64,000 nt of DNA from Bacteroidota bacterium (GCA_029547705.1 JAKPOU010000042.1:25271-89270), one strand, 5' to 3'; shown: positions 19,657 through 29,079, counted from the stretch's first letter. The notes: generated by a model from the letters alone, not told the origin. Translations and numbers: made by a program.

Positions 19657-20967
19657 ATGAAAAATTACTCTGTATTAAATGCAAAGAGATATTCAATCCT
19701 GGTCTTGTTTTTGAGTTTTTTATGTATCAGCCAGAATAATGCTATGACTTATTTTACGGATAGTCCGGATTTCTTTTTCAGTTTTGGCCCACAAGTTGTT
19801 GTTGGGGCAGATCGTTTGTTTTCTGAATATAATTCTTTGATTGATGGTAAAAGGGTTGCATTGGTGGCCAATCACACTGGTCGTTTATCCAATGGTACTC
19901 ACTTGGCCGATGCATTGTTTCAGTATCCGAATGTTGAACTGAAAGCTTTATTCGGCATGAATTTTAATATCCGTTCAAATGATTATTCACTTCCGGTTGA
20001 TGAAGACAGAACTATTGATCCTCAGACAGGCGTTAGGAAATTCAACTTGTATGGAACGCAGCACAAACCAACAAATGACATGCTGGAAGATGTGGATATT
20101 ATCATTGTAGATATACAAGAAGTGGGAGCTCGTTTTTATGAACATGTAAATATACTTGGGTTTGTAATGGAAGCAGCTGCCGAGAATAATATTGAGGTGG
20201 TTGTGCTTGACCGTCCCAATCCAATAACCGGCTTGAAGATGGAAGGCTTTATAACAGACGATGATTATCTCTTCGGTTTTGGTGCATATGCAAAAATACC
20301 TGTCATTCATGGAATGACTATGGGTGAAATTGCCAAATTGTATAATGGGGAGGGGATGCTGAGAAATGGGATTCGTGCCAGGCTTCATGTTGTGGAGATG
20401 AAAGGCTGGGAAAGGCATATGTGGTTTGATCAAACAGGCTTAAACTGGATTAAGCCTTCGCCTAATCTGCCAACACCTGAGACTATGCTTGTTTATACAG
20501 GAACTTGTTTGTTCGAGGGTGTTAATATTTCCTGCGGCAGAGGTACACCTGAACCATTCAAGTATATTGGCGCCCCATGGATTGACAATGGGAAGGTATT
20601 AAATATACTGAATGAACTGGGCCTTAAAGGTGTGGAGTTCGATAGAATTTCGTTCACACCAGTAAAGATGCCTTTCCATGGTCAGGAGCCATTTCTATCT
20701 GGTGAGCTATGTCAAGGTATATATGTTCGGGTGACTGACAGGAATGCTTTTGAACCATATAAAACCGGCATTGCACTTTTATGGGCGATTAACAAATGCC
20801 ATCCTGAGATGATTCAATGGAATATCAAGACTCTGGATCGTTTGGTTGGAACCCGTAGATTAATCTCTATGATTCAAAAAGAAACACAGCCGTCAGAAAT
20901 ATTTTTTAGCTGGGAGAATGAATTATCTGAATTCAAAAAATTAAGCAAAGAATATTTTCTTTATTGA
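19657..20967 (+). CDS. DUF1343 / NamZ-type family protein (paralog 2)
   Basis: 436 aa with a signal peptide. The same motif set appears in diverged form (VDIQEVGARFYEHVNILGFVMEA, VLDRPNP, IPVIHGMTMGEIA). Confidence 0.8.
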   Translation: MKNYSVLNAKRYSILVLFLSFLCISQNNAMTYFTDSPDFFFSFGPQVVVGADRLFSEYNSLIDGKRVALVANHTGRLSNGTHLADALFQYPNVELKALFGMNFNIRSNDYSLPVDEDRTIDPQTGVRKFNLYGTQHKPTNDMLEDVDIIIVDIQEVGARFYEHVNILGFVMEAAAENNIEVVVLDRPNPITGLKMEGFITDDDYLFGFGAYAKIPVIHGMTMGEIAKLYNGEGMLRNGIRARLHVVEMKGWERHMWFDQTGLNWIKPSPNLPTPETMLVYTGTCLFEGVNISCGRGTPEPFKYIGAPWIDNGKVLNILNELGLKGVEFDRISFTPVKMPFHGQEPFLSGELCQGIYVRVTDRNAFEPYKTGIALLWAINKCHPEMIQWNIKTLDRLVGTRRLISMIQKETQPSEIFFSWENELSEFKKLSKEYFLY

Positions 20968-21204
20968 AAGGGCTATAAAGATCTGCCTGTTGATGGCCTT
21001 TATATTTGTATTTATAACAATCGGTTCAATACAAATTGAATCCCTAAATCTGACTTGAGACATGCTTAATTACCCTGTCTTTATTTTTATATTAAATAAA
21101 TCAGTAGGCCAGAATTCAATGAACTAGATTGACAAGAGCTGTTGTTTTTTGGTTTTAAAGATTGTTAGAGTTATCTACGGTCTGTTCCTTTTACGATATA
21201 TGCT

Positions 21205-21212
21205 TATCTTTG
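21205..21212 (+). promoter_or_regulatory. Candidate Bacteroidota -7 promoter box (TAnnTTTG) upstream of mgtC
   Basis: tatctttg lies about 105 nt upstream of the mgtC ATG. This is a motif match only. Confidence 0.3.
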
Positions 21213-21316
21213 CATGCTGTGCTGTACAGTCTCAACCGGCTGTTTCAGGATTCTACTGTAAAAAACAGAAAACGGCAATACTGGCTTTATACAAAGCGTT
21301 TTAAAGATTAATATAA

Positions 21317-21976
21317 ATGATCAGCGGAAGTGAAATATTGATTCGTTTATTACTGGCCTCTTTGTTCGGAGCACTCATTGGCCTGGAAAGGGAAAGGAAA
21401 AACTGGACGGCGGGACTAAGAACCCATATGATGGTTTGTGTTGCTTCCAGTTTGATAATGATTGTTTCTTCTTTCGGGTTTTCCGATATACTGGGGACAG
21501 AGCATGTTGCACTTGATCCTTCAAGAGTTGCCGCCCAGGTGGTATCAGGTATAGGTTTCATTGGCGCCGGCACCATATTATTTTCAAGGCAGGGAGTGGT
21601 TCACGGTCTTACCACGGCAGCCGGATTATGGGCTGTTGCCGCTATCGGTCTTGCAACAGGCGGCGGACTTTATTTTGCTGCCGGAGCCACCACAATCATA
21701 GCATTGATCATCCTATGGGCCATAAAACCGTTTGAACGTGTTTTTTCCAGGAAATTCAACAAGAAATCCCTGAAAATTGTCACAGGAAATGCTAATCTTA
21801 TCAAAAACCTCCTTGAAGACGATGATCTGAAGGTTGATACTTTTTCAATTGATAAAAGCGAAGAAGGAATTGTATTCCATATGACTTTTGATAAGGCGGA
21901 TCTGAAAATCCTGGAAGCTCTGGTAAATGAACTTAAAAGCGATCCTGCTATAAAGGAGATCATCTGGGGAGAATGA
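21317..21976 (+). CDS. mgtC: MgtC/SapB-family membrane protein
   Basis: LLLASLFGALIGLERERKNWTAGLRTHMMVCVASSL.. plus GIGFIGAGTIL, followed by a soluble C-terminal ACT-like domain. Confidence 0.85.
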   Translation: MISGSEILIRLLLASLFGALIGLERERKNWTAGLRTHMMVCVASSLIMIVSSFGFSDILGTEHVALDPSRVAAQVVSGIGFIGAGTILFSRQGVVHGLTTAAGLWAVAAIGLATGGGLYFAAGATTIIALIILWAIKPFERVFSRKFNKKSLKIVTGNANLIKNLLEDDDLKVDTFSIDKSEEGIVFHMTFDKADLKILEALVNELKSDPAIKEIIWGE

Positions 21977-22334
21977 TATAATACAGCCAGCTCCGATTAT
22001 TTCCAGCAAATTTTCCGTTAAAATAGCTTTGATCATACCCTTTGCCGGGTCCAATAACGCAGGCATCAGTTATTGGCTGCCTGCTGTATCCTTTACGGGA
22101 TCCGGTTCTATGGAACTACCTGCGGCTGAAACAAGTGGTTGAAGTAAGAAGCAGTCATTTTATTGTACGACTGAAACAAGTGCTTATAGTAACAGAGTGA
22201 CATTTTACCGGGTGGTTGAAGTTAACGGTTGTAGTTACCGGCCGTCAGCCTGAAGAAAAAAATACAACCTGCTGCAGCGTTTCAGTGCTTTCCTGCGTAT
22301 CAGTATTGAAAATAAATTTAAACAGGGAGATACC

Positions 22335-23579
22335 ATGAAAAACAATGTCCTGATATTTTTTGCAACAGTACTGATCTTTTCTCTTGCCGGCTCATGCACA
22401 AAGAGTGACGGCAATGAAGAAATCAATCTCTCACCAAAGAGCATTACTCTGACAGCTGTGGCTCCACAGGCTATTCAGAGCAGTAATGAATTCGGAATAG
22501 AACTTTTTACCAGGGTTTCCGGAACGGAAAACAAGAATCTGATGATTTCTCCGCTAAGTGCAAGCACCGCGCTTACCATGCTTCTCAACGGATGCGGGGG
22601 AGATACCTATAACCAGCTTCAGGGGACACTGAAATACCCTGACGGAATGACCATCAGTGATATCAATGAAGCTTACGGGAGCCTTGTTGAACAGCTTCTG
22701 AATGCTGATCCGAAAGTGAAGCTTGCACTGGCAAATGCAATCTTCTATCGCAGGGACTTCAGTGTTAAATCACCATTCCTTGGGATAATGGGCAAGGATT
22801 ATAAGGCAACTGTTGAAGATCTTGATTTTGCCGCACCATCAGCTCTTAAGAGAATAAACAAGTGGGCAAGTGACAATACCAACGGAAAAATTCCGCAGGT
22901 ACTGGATGATATCAGTTCCGATGCAGTGATGTTCATTATGAATGCCCTCTACTTCAATGGTGACTGGAGTTATCAGTTTGACAAGTCACTGACGCAGAAG
23001 CGGCCTTTTTATCCGGATGCAGGCAGTGCGGTTGATGTAAATACCATGACCGGAGAAGTGGGCACAAGGGTGGTTTACGGCAATGGCTTCAAGGCAATTG
23101 AACTGCCTTACGGAAGGACTAATTTCACAATGGTTGTGATAGTACCTGAGGGTACACTGAGGGATTTTTATCCTTCATTCACGGCACAGAACTGGGAGAA
23201 ACTGACGTCTGATCTCGACAGGGCAGGTGAGTTTGAGAAACTTACGGTTTTCATGCCCAAGTTCAGCTTTGAATATGAAAAATATCTCAACGACCAGTTG
23301 CAGGGCATGGGAATGCTTGATGCCTTTGATCCCTTCCTGGCTGACCTGTCGGGTATTTCGGATGCGTCGATCTTTGTCAGTTTTGTGAAGCAGAACACCT
23401 TTGTTGATGTTGATGAAAAAGGTACTGAGGCTGCGGCGGTCACTACGATAGGCATCAAAGTGACCAGTGTAGGTCCGCCAAGTAAGTTCGTTATTGACAA
23501 GTCCTTTGTCTTTGCCATACGCGAACGGACAACCAATACCCTTCTGTTCATCGGACAGGTGTTGAATCCGGCGGGATAA
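22335..23579 (+). CDS. Serpin-family protease inhibitor, lipoprotein (copy 1)
   Basis: Lipobox SLAGSC. Serpin hinge EKGTEAAAVTTIG, followed by FVIDKSFVFAIRE and the shutter/breach motifs NALYFNGDW and FMPKFSFE. Confidence 0.9.
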   Translation: MKNNVLIFFATVLIFSLAGSCTKSDGNEEINLSPKSITLTAVAPQAIQSSNEFGIELFTRVSGTENKNLMISPLSASTALTMLLNGCGGDTYNQLQGTLKYPDGMTISDINEAYGSLVEQLLNADPKVKLALANAIFYRRDFSVKSPFLGIMGKDYKATVEDLDFAAPSALKRINKWASDNTNGKIPQVLDDISSDAVMFIMNALYFNGDWSYQFDKSLTQKRPFYPDAGSAVDVNTMTGEVGTRVVYGNGFKAIELPYGRTNFTMVVIVPEGTLRDFYPSFTAQNWEKLTSDLDRAGEFEKLTVFMPKFSFEYEKYLNDQLQGMGMLDAFDPFLADLSGISDASIFVSFVKQNTFVDVDEKGTEAAAVTTIGIKVTSVGPPSKFVIDKSFVFAIRERTTNTLLFIGQVLNPAG

Positions 23580-23638
23580 GGCACGTAATGAGAAATTGTG
23601 AACCCGGAATTCAGTTGAATTATAAAATAATAGTGATT

Positions 23639-24889
23639 ATGAAAAGAATGAGTCTGATATTTACGGCAGGAGTACTGATTTTTTCTCTTGCCGGCTCATG
23701 TACAAAGAGTGACGGCAATGAAGAAATCAATCTCTCGCCAAAGAGCATTACTCTGACAGCAGTGGCTCCACAGGCTATTCAGAGCAGTAATGAATTCGGA
23801 ATAGAACTTTTTACCAGGGTTTCCGAAGCGGAAAACAAGAATCTGATGATTTCTCCGCTAAGTGCAAGTACCGCACTCACCATGCTTCTCAACGGATGCG
23901 GGGGAGATACCTATTCCCAGCTTCAGGGGACACTGAAATACCCTGACGGGATGACCATCAGTGATATCAATGAAGCTTACGGGAGCCTTGTTGAACAGCT
24001 TCTGAATGCTGATCCGAAAGTGAAGCTTGCACTGGCAAATGCAATTTTCTATCGCAGGGGTTTCAGTGTAAAATCACCATTTCTTGGCATAATGGGCAAG
24101 GATTATAAGGCCACTGTTGAAGATCTTGATTTTGCCGCACCATCAGCTCTTAACACAATAAACAAATGGGCAAGCGACAATACCAAGGGAAAAATTCCGC
24201 AGGTACTGAATAGAATCGATCCCGATGCAGTGATGTTCATTATGAATGCCCTCTACTTCAATGGCGACTGGAGTTATCAGTTTGACAAGTCACTGACGGA
24301 GAAGCGGCCTTTCTATCCGGACGCAGGCAGTGCGGTTGATGTAAATACCATGACCGGAGAAGTAGGCTCAAGGGTGGTTTACGGCAATGGCTTCAAGGCA
24401 ATTGAACTTCCTTACGGAAGGACGAATTTCACCATGGTTGTGATAGTACCTGAGGGTACACTGAGGGATTTCTATCCTTCATTCACGGCACAGAGCTGGG
24501 AAGAACTGACATCCGATCTTGACGGAATCAGTGATTTTGGCAAAGTGAGGGTTTTCATGCCTAAGTTCAGCTTTGAATATGAAAAATATCTCAACGACCA
24601 GTTGCAGGGCATGGGAATGCTTGATGCCTTTGATCCCCTCCTGGCTGACCTGTCGGGTATTTCGGATGAATCGATCTTTGTCAGCTTTGTGAAGCAGAAC
24701 ACCTTTGTTGATGTTGATGAGAAGGGTACCGAAGCAGCTGCGGTAACAACAATAGGAATCAGTATATTAACTTCCGTTCAGCCTCAGCCTCAGCCGTTCA
24801 TTATTGACAAGTCATTTGTCTTTGCCATACGCGAACGGACAACCAACGCTCTTTTATTTATTGGTCAGGTTATGAATCCGGAACAGTAA
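23639..24889 (+). CDS. Serpin-family protease inhibitor, lipoprotein (copy 2)
   Basis: Start chosen at MKRMSLIFTAGVLIFSLAGSC, which is M18 of ORF 23588... About 95% nucleotide identity with copy 1 over most of the body, but with a different reactive-centre loop. Confidence 0.9.
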   Translation: MKRMSLIFTAGVLIFSLAGSCTKSDGNEEINLSPKSITLTAVAPQAIQSSNEFGIELFTRVSEAENKNLMISPLSASTALTMLLNGCGGDTYSQLQGTLKYPDGMTISDINEAYGSLVEQLLNADPKVKLALANAIFYRRGFSVKSPFLGIMGKDYKATVEDLDFAAPSALNTINKWASDNTKGKIPQVLNRIDPDAVMFIMNALYFNGDWSYQFDKSLTEKRPFYPDAGSAVDVNTMTGEVGSRVVYGNGFKAIELPYGRTNFTMVVIVPEGTLRDFYPSFTAQSWEELTSDLDGISDFGKVRVFMPKFSFEYEKYLNDQLQGMGMLDAFDPLLADLSGISDESIFVSFVKQNTFVDVDEKGTEAAAVTTIGISILTSVQPQPQPFIIDKSFVFAIRERTTNALLFIGQVMNPEQ

Positions 24890-24949
24890 AACTCAGGTTT
24901 TATGCTGAATATCTTAAAAAATTGAACCTTTAATTCCAGAAATGAAAAA

Positions 24950-26239
24950 ATGAGAACCCTTATCAAAACATCAATCGTCCTTCTTGTTCTTACCGCATCC
25001 CTGTCGGGCTGCATGGACAGGACAGTGGAACGGATAACATACAAGGCAAACGTGCCCGTGTATATGGATTTCAATACCTTCCGGAAAAGCTTTCAAAAAA
25101 GCGAAGCCAAAGAGATAACTTTTCCGGGCAAGATCTATTTCAAGGATAATTATCTTTTTGTTAACGAAACGGGGAAAGGAATACATGTTATAGACAATGC
25201 TGATCCGGCAAATCCCCGGAAAGTTGGTTTCTATGAGATTCCCGGAAATGTAGACATGGCGGTCAGGGGTAATATCCTTTTTGCAGACAGTTTCATCGAT
25301 CTGCTGGCAATTGATATAACAGACGTGGAAAAACCGGTTGAGATCAGCAGGATTGAGAATGTTTTTCCGGAAGTTATGCCGCAGGGGGATGAATGGCTGC
25401 CATATGCCATGGTTGATAAGTCGAAGGGTGTGATAGTCGGATGGAAAACCGAAACAATAACTGAAGAATATGAGCCCGGCAGCAGATGGACAGGGTGGAT
25501 ATTCAGGGGAAGAATGACGCTGATGGCTAACTACGGAAGTGATGCTGCCGGCTGGTCGGCCGGTGCCGGAACAGCAGGCTCTATGGCAAGGTTTATGCTG
25601 AATGACAAATATCTGCATGTCATTGCCCATCCCTGGATGCTGAAGACCGTTGATGTTGAAAATGCAAAGAAAATGGTTATTGCCGACAGTGTGGAAGTAT
25701 CCCGTGATATGGAAACTCTTTTCCTGCTCGGGGGAAGAATGTTTGTCGGGACAACCACCGGCATGCTCATTTATGATGTCACGAATGCCACAAAGCCCGT
25801 GCTGATTTCACATTATGACCATATCACTGCATGCGACCCGGTGGTGGCTGATGAGAATTATGCATACGTAACCCTCCGTTCCGGAAGCAGGTGCAGAAAC
25901 ACACAAAATCTTCTCGAGGTTATTGATATTTCATCAATTGAACATCCCTACCTGGTAAAATCCTATCCCATGTACAATCCGCACGGACTGGGTATTGACG
26001 ATAATCTTCTCTTTATCTGCGATGGTGCAGCCGGACTGAAGATTTATGACCGTTCCGATCCGCTTGACATTATAAACAGGAAAGTGGCTCATTATCCTGA
26101 TTTCTTTACCTATGACGTCATACCAATGAAAGGGGTTCTCATGCTTGTAGGGGAAAAAGGAATATATCAGTATGATTATTCCGATCCTGAAAACATTGTG
26201 CAGATAAGCCATATATCAATCAGCAGCGGCAGTAAATAA
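24950..26239 (+). CDS. LVIVD-repeat beta-propeller lipoprotein
   Basis: Lipobox SLSGC. Repeated units such as GIHVIDNADPANPRKV, LLAIDITDVEKPVEI, MLIYDVTNATKPVLI, LLEVIDISSIEHPYLV and LKIYDRSDPLDI. Confidence 0.55.
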   Translation: MRTLIKTSIVLLVLTASLSGCMDRTVERITYKANVPVYMDFNTFRKSFQKSEAKEITFPGKIYFKDNYLFVNETGKGIHVIDNADPANPRKVGFYEIPGNVDMAVRGNILFADSFIDLLAIDITDVEKPVEISRIENVFPEVMPQGDEWLPYAMVDKSKGVIVGWKTETITEEYEPGSRWTGWIFRGRMTLMANYGSDAAGWSAGAGTAGSMARFMLNDKYLHVIAHPWMLKTVDVENAKKMVIADSVEVSRDMETLFLLGGRMFVGTTTGMLIYDVTNATKPVLISHYDHITACDPVVADENYAYVTLRSGSRCRNTQNLLEVIDISSIEHPYLVKSYPMYNPHGLGIDDNLLFICDGAAGLKIYDRSDPLDIINRKVAHYPDFFTYDVIPMKGVLMLVGEKGIYQYDYSDPENIVQISHISISSGSK

Positions 26240-26242
26240 AAT

Positions 26243-26989
26243 ATGAACGACACAGGAATCGCAGCGGTTATTATCCTTTTTTCGCTGAGCAGCGGTCTTG
26301 CTGCCCAGAAACAGGAGAAACAGACAATCGTGCTGAATGGCGGAACATTGATTACCGGCATCATCCTGGCCGATTCCCCGGATTATCTGACAGTGAAAAT
26401 AAGGTCCCCCAGGGTTATAAGGATCAATAAATCAGAAATATCGCCGGGCACTCCGGCGCTGGAAATTGAACGACCCTTTTCAGGCAGGCAGGGATATGCG
26501 ATCGGACTTTCAGCCTCGGTACTGGCGGGCCGCAACAGTGAAGGAAACATCAGGGACATGAGCTTTCTGGTGTCAAACTCCTACCGGTTCCGTAAGGGCT
26601 TGAGTATCGGTTTCGGAACAGGGATCGAGGAATTTGACGTGTCTCTCATACCTGTATATTCCGAACTGAAATATTATTTCTTCAGATCCCGGCTGTCGCC
26701 GTATATATGGACAAAGAGCGGATGGGCATTTGCTTATGATGACAGGAAGGACGGGGAGTATAATCACTACTATAATTACTATCCTGAGGTGAAGGGCGGA
26801 TTCATGTTCAATGCAGGATCCGGACTCGAACTGGCTTCATGGCGGAGAAATGCAGTGAATATGGGTGTAGGCTTCCGGTTTCAGAGACTTATTTACAGCA
26901 ATATGACCGGAAGGGGAAAAGAAAACCTTACTGAACTTGTTACCAGTATTAAACGGATTGAAGTACAGTTCGGTTTTATATTCAGGTAA
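26243..26989 (+). CDS. Hypothetical outer-membrane beta-barrel protein
   Basis: Signal peptide, alternating-hydrophobicity strands and a C-terminal ..QFGFIFR. Confidence 0.45.
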   Translation: MNDTGIAAVIILFSLSSGLAAQKQEKQTIVLNGGTLITGIILADSPDYLTVKIRSPRVIRINKSEISPGTPALEIERPFSGRQGYAIGLSASVLAGRNSEGNIRDMSFLVSNSYRFRKGLSIGFGTGIEEFDVSLIPVYSELKYYFFRSRLSPYIWTKSGWAFAYDDRKDGEYNHYYNYYPEVKGGFMFNAGSGLELASWRRNAVNMGVGFRFQRLIYSNMTGRGKENLTELVTSIKRIEVQFGFIFR

Positions 26990-27070
26990 AACAGCATACG
27001 GTTACAGAATTATGGATAATAATGTCATAAAACCATTCAAATTAAGTTATTTTGATGAAGCTTAATCTGA

Positions 27071-27658
27071 ATGCAGGTAATGAGAAGGAGAGAGAAGGAT
27101 GACCATACAATATCCGATCCGGAACTTATCAGGCGGTGTTCCGAGGGAGATCAGCGTGCTCAGGAACTTCTCTACAGACGCTATTTCTCATTCGCAATGT
27201 CGGTATGTGTCAGGTATACGGGAGATCAGTACGATGCCATGGAAGTAGTAAATGACAGTTACATGAAGGTGCTTGGCAGCATAAAGGATATCGACAGTTC
27301 GAAATCTTTCAGGTCGTGGTACGGAAGGATACTGGTCAATTCGGCAATTGACAGATACAGGAGAAATACAAGACATGTTTCGCATCTGCAGCTAAATGAC
27401 CTTGAGACGGCGGATGGGCAGGAAGACCCGGTCAGTACTGAACTTTCCGCAAATGAAATCCTGAAACTGTTTGACCGGCTGCCGGATAATTACAGGGTTA
27501 CCTTCAACCTTTATGAAATTGAAGGCTATTCCCATGAGGAAATAGGACAGATGCTCGATATCAGTGCATCAACTTCAAGATCGAATCTTTTCCGGGCAAA
27601 AAGAATGCTCAGAATGTTGTATAACAGGAATTTCAATACTGAAAAACGAGGGGAATGA
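27071..27658 (+). CDS. ECF (sigma-70 family, group IV) RNA polymerase sigma factor
   Basis: Region 2 (LLYRRYFSFAMSVCVRYTGDQYDAMEVVNDSYMKV) and region 4 (YRVTFNLYEIEGYSHEEIGQMLDISASTSRSNLFRAKRML). Confidence 0.9.
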   Translation: MQVMRRREKDDHTISDPELIRRCSEGDQRAQELLYRRYFSFAMSVCVRYTGDQYDAMEVVNDSYMKVLGSIKDIDSSKSFRSWYGRILVNSAIDRYRRNTRHVSHLQLNDLETADGQEDPVSTELSANEILKLFDRLPDNYRVTFNLYEIEGYSHEEIGQMLDISASTSRSNLFRAKRMLRMLYNRNFNTEKRGE

Positions 27659-29058
27659 AACAGTTTGACGACCTGTTCAGGGAAAATGTAAAGAAAGTTT
27701 TTGGCAGTTACAATGCCGATCACCTCGCCGGAGAGGGGTGGAATTCCTTTGTTTCCGCCAGGAAAGCCCGGAGCAGGCGTATGACAGTGATTCCGGTGCT
27801 GGCACGGGCAGCTTCAGTTCTTTTGATTGTGGGTCTGGGAGCTTTCATTGCTTACAGAATATCCACCAGGAAGAGTATTTCAGTGTCTGAATCAGTTGTA
27901 CAGCAAGACCGGCTGATGGATGCCGGCGATATTGAAAGGACGGGAACAGGGAGATCTTCCGGTGTGCCGGAGCCATCAGAAATAACAGAGGCGAAAGCAG
28001 CTAAGGAAACGGCAGCATCCGCAGCATCTGGAAAACCTGTTGAATATCCTGTATCCGGCCTGAGCCTCGCGGGAAAAACTACTGTTACGGGGACTGACGC
28101 CTTTGCAGGAGTCACTGCCATAGCAGGAAATGCAGCTGTTTCACCGGCCGCACATGCTGCGGAAACCGTTTACGGTGAAAGCAGGACCGGGATGAAAGCG
28201 GCCGAAAGCTATTTTTTGATTCCGCATGTACTGGCAGATCTTCACAGCTCAGGGGTCAGAAAGGAATCAGATGATAAAACCGGTACCGGAGAATTAATAC
28301 CCTCGGTTACGGTATCAACGGGTATTACATCTGATGGTCCGGGAGTTGCAGCAAAGACATCCGGACAGGAGGCGCGCCATGGAGGAAGGGCACTGATTGC
28401 GGGTTTTTCAGGATTGCTTGCCCGGAGCGGCGGGTCGGCATCCCCCTCTTCAGGACTCTCCGTCGGGCTCTATCTCGATCAGAAGCTTACGAAAAAGATC
28501 TCGGTACGGTCGGGACTAGCACTTGCCATGCAGTCATTCGAACTCATGAACGGCAATGATTTCATCAAAACCTCAGGATTGTTCAATGACCCCCTGTCGC
28601 TTTCTGACGGAACAAGCGGCAAACCTTACTCATATGACGGAAAGCTGAATATGCTTGCAATGGAATTACCTTTGAATATTGTATTCAGGATCAGCGACAG
28701 GAAGGGTTCGGGCTTTTTTGTTTCCGCAGGGGCATCTACCATGATATATCTCAGTCAGCAGTTTACAGCCGATTTTGTAAATGAATACACCAGGCTTGCC
28801 CTGAATGCCGAAACCGGTGTTTATTCAACCGAATCCCGTTTCTCAACCCTTGGTGTTGAAAAGGATTACAGTGCATTCAGCCGTACCGACTTTTTCGGTC
28901 TGGCCAACCTTTCAGCCGGATACAATTTTAATTACAGTAAAACCGGAACAATGCTCATTGAGCCCTTCCTTCAGCTTCCTGTAAGTGACCTTACAAGTTT
29001 TAATCTCAGGATCAGGTATGGAGGCCTGTCAATGAAACTCCGGTTTGGAAATCCGTGA
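27655..29058 (+). CDS. Putative anti-sigma protein: short cytoplasmic N-terminus, one TM helix, Ala/Ser/Thr/Gly-rich linker, C-terminal OMP beta-barrel (porin-family) domain
   Basis: ATGA start/stop overlap with the sigma gene. TM helix VIPVLARAASVLLIVGLGAFIAY. Low-complexity region at about residues 70-260. C-terminal strands end ..LRIRYGGLSMKLRFGNP. Confidence 0.55.
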   Translation: MKQFDDLFRENVKKVFGSYNADHLAGEGWNSFVSARKARSRRMTVIPVLARAASVLLIVGLGAFIAYRISTRKSISVSESVVQQDRLMDAGDIERTGTGRSSGVPEPSEITEAKAAKETAASAASGKPVEYPVSGLSLAGKTTVTGTDAFAGVTAIAGNAAVSPAAHAAETVYGESRTGMKAAESYFLIPHVLADLHSSGVRKESDDKTGTGELIPSVTVSTGITSDGPGVAAKTSGQEARHGGRALIAGFSGLLARSGGSASPSSGLSVGLYLDQKLTKKISVRSGLALAMQSFELMNGNDFIKTSGLFNDPLSLSDGTSGKPYSYDGKLNMLAMELPLNIVFRISDRKGSGFFVSAGASTMIYLSQQFTADFVNEYTRLALNAETGVYSTESRFSTLGVEKDYSAFSRTDFFGLANLSAGYNFNYSKTGTMLIEPFLQLPVSDLTSFNLRIRYGGLSMKLRFGNP

Positions 29059-29079
29059 TTCTCTTCAGGTATCGCCGCA

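Noticed and set aside
24971-25630. Long antisense ORFs inside well-supported genes. Examples are 24971-25630 (219 aa), 29177-29842 (221 aa), 57652-58245 (197 aa), 53779-54291 (170 aa), 55695-56177 (160 aa), 42124-42603 (159 aa) and 12477-12920 (147 aa).
   Set aside because: Each lies fully within, and opposite to, a gene with strong family motifs. Their translations are low-complexity or Cys/Pro/Arg-rich, with no signal or motif. This is typical shadow-ORF behaviour.
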